A DNA stretch of 64,000 nucleotides from positions 10,106,001 through 10,170,000 of the forward strand of contig NC_043004.1 in assembly GCF_006345805.1 (NCBI RefSeq), in the 5' to 3' direction. The translations under genes and the position numbers were made by a program. Within the stretch, counting starts at the first letter, position 1, and every line of letters begins with the position of its first letter. A model generated the notes under the pieces. The model saw only the letters and a list, made by a program, of their open reading frames with translations. It was not told the origin of the DNA and ran no database searches. Positions 63,596 to 64,000 of the stretch are shown piece after piece. This DNA is from Octopus sinensis (lineage: Eukaryota).

Positions 63596-64000
<405 letters not shown>

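Overview
64 kb of AT-rich, microsatellite-saturated eukaryotic non-coding DNA. The repeat repertoire points to an invertebrate, probably an octopus-type cephalopod (inference, no database check). It includes several tRNA-derived SINE families, RTE, R4/Dong-type, HERO-type, Tx1/L1-type and CR1-type LINE remnants, a full-length mariner, Penelope-like remnants and foldback elements. I recognise no host protein-coding exon; nearly all listed ORFs are microsatellite read-throughs or transposon fragments. The main unexpected signal is a set of minimal type I hammerhead ribozyme (HHR) motifs. A five-copy head-to-tail array of a ~557-bp unit (20380-23162) carries one HHR per unit on the minus strand (CUGAUGA core, GAAAC-GUAC-GUA, self-complementary ACGUACGU helix III). 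A diverged solo copy with a terminal inversion lies at 3372-4265. Two unrelated near-perfect HHRs occur at 15021-15105 (-) and 41692-41775 (+), plus several decayed ones. The array looks like a retrozyme-like or Penelope pLTR-derived, circRNA-generating element. All ribozyme folds were read by eye and none is experimentally tested. Most SINE and remnant boundaries are approximate.
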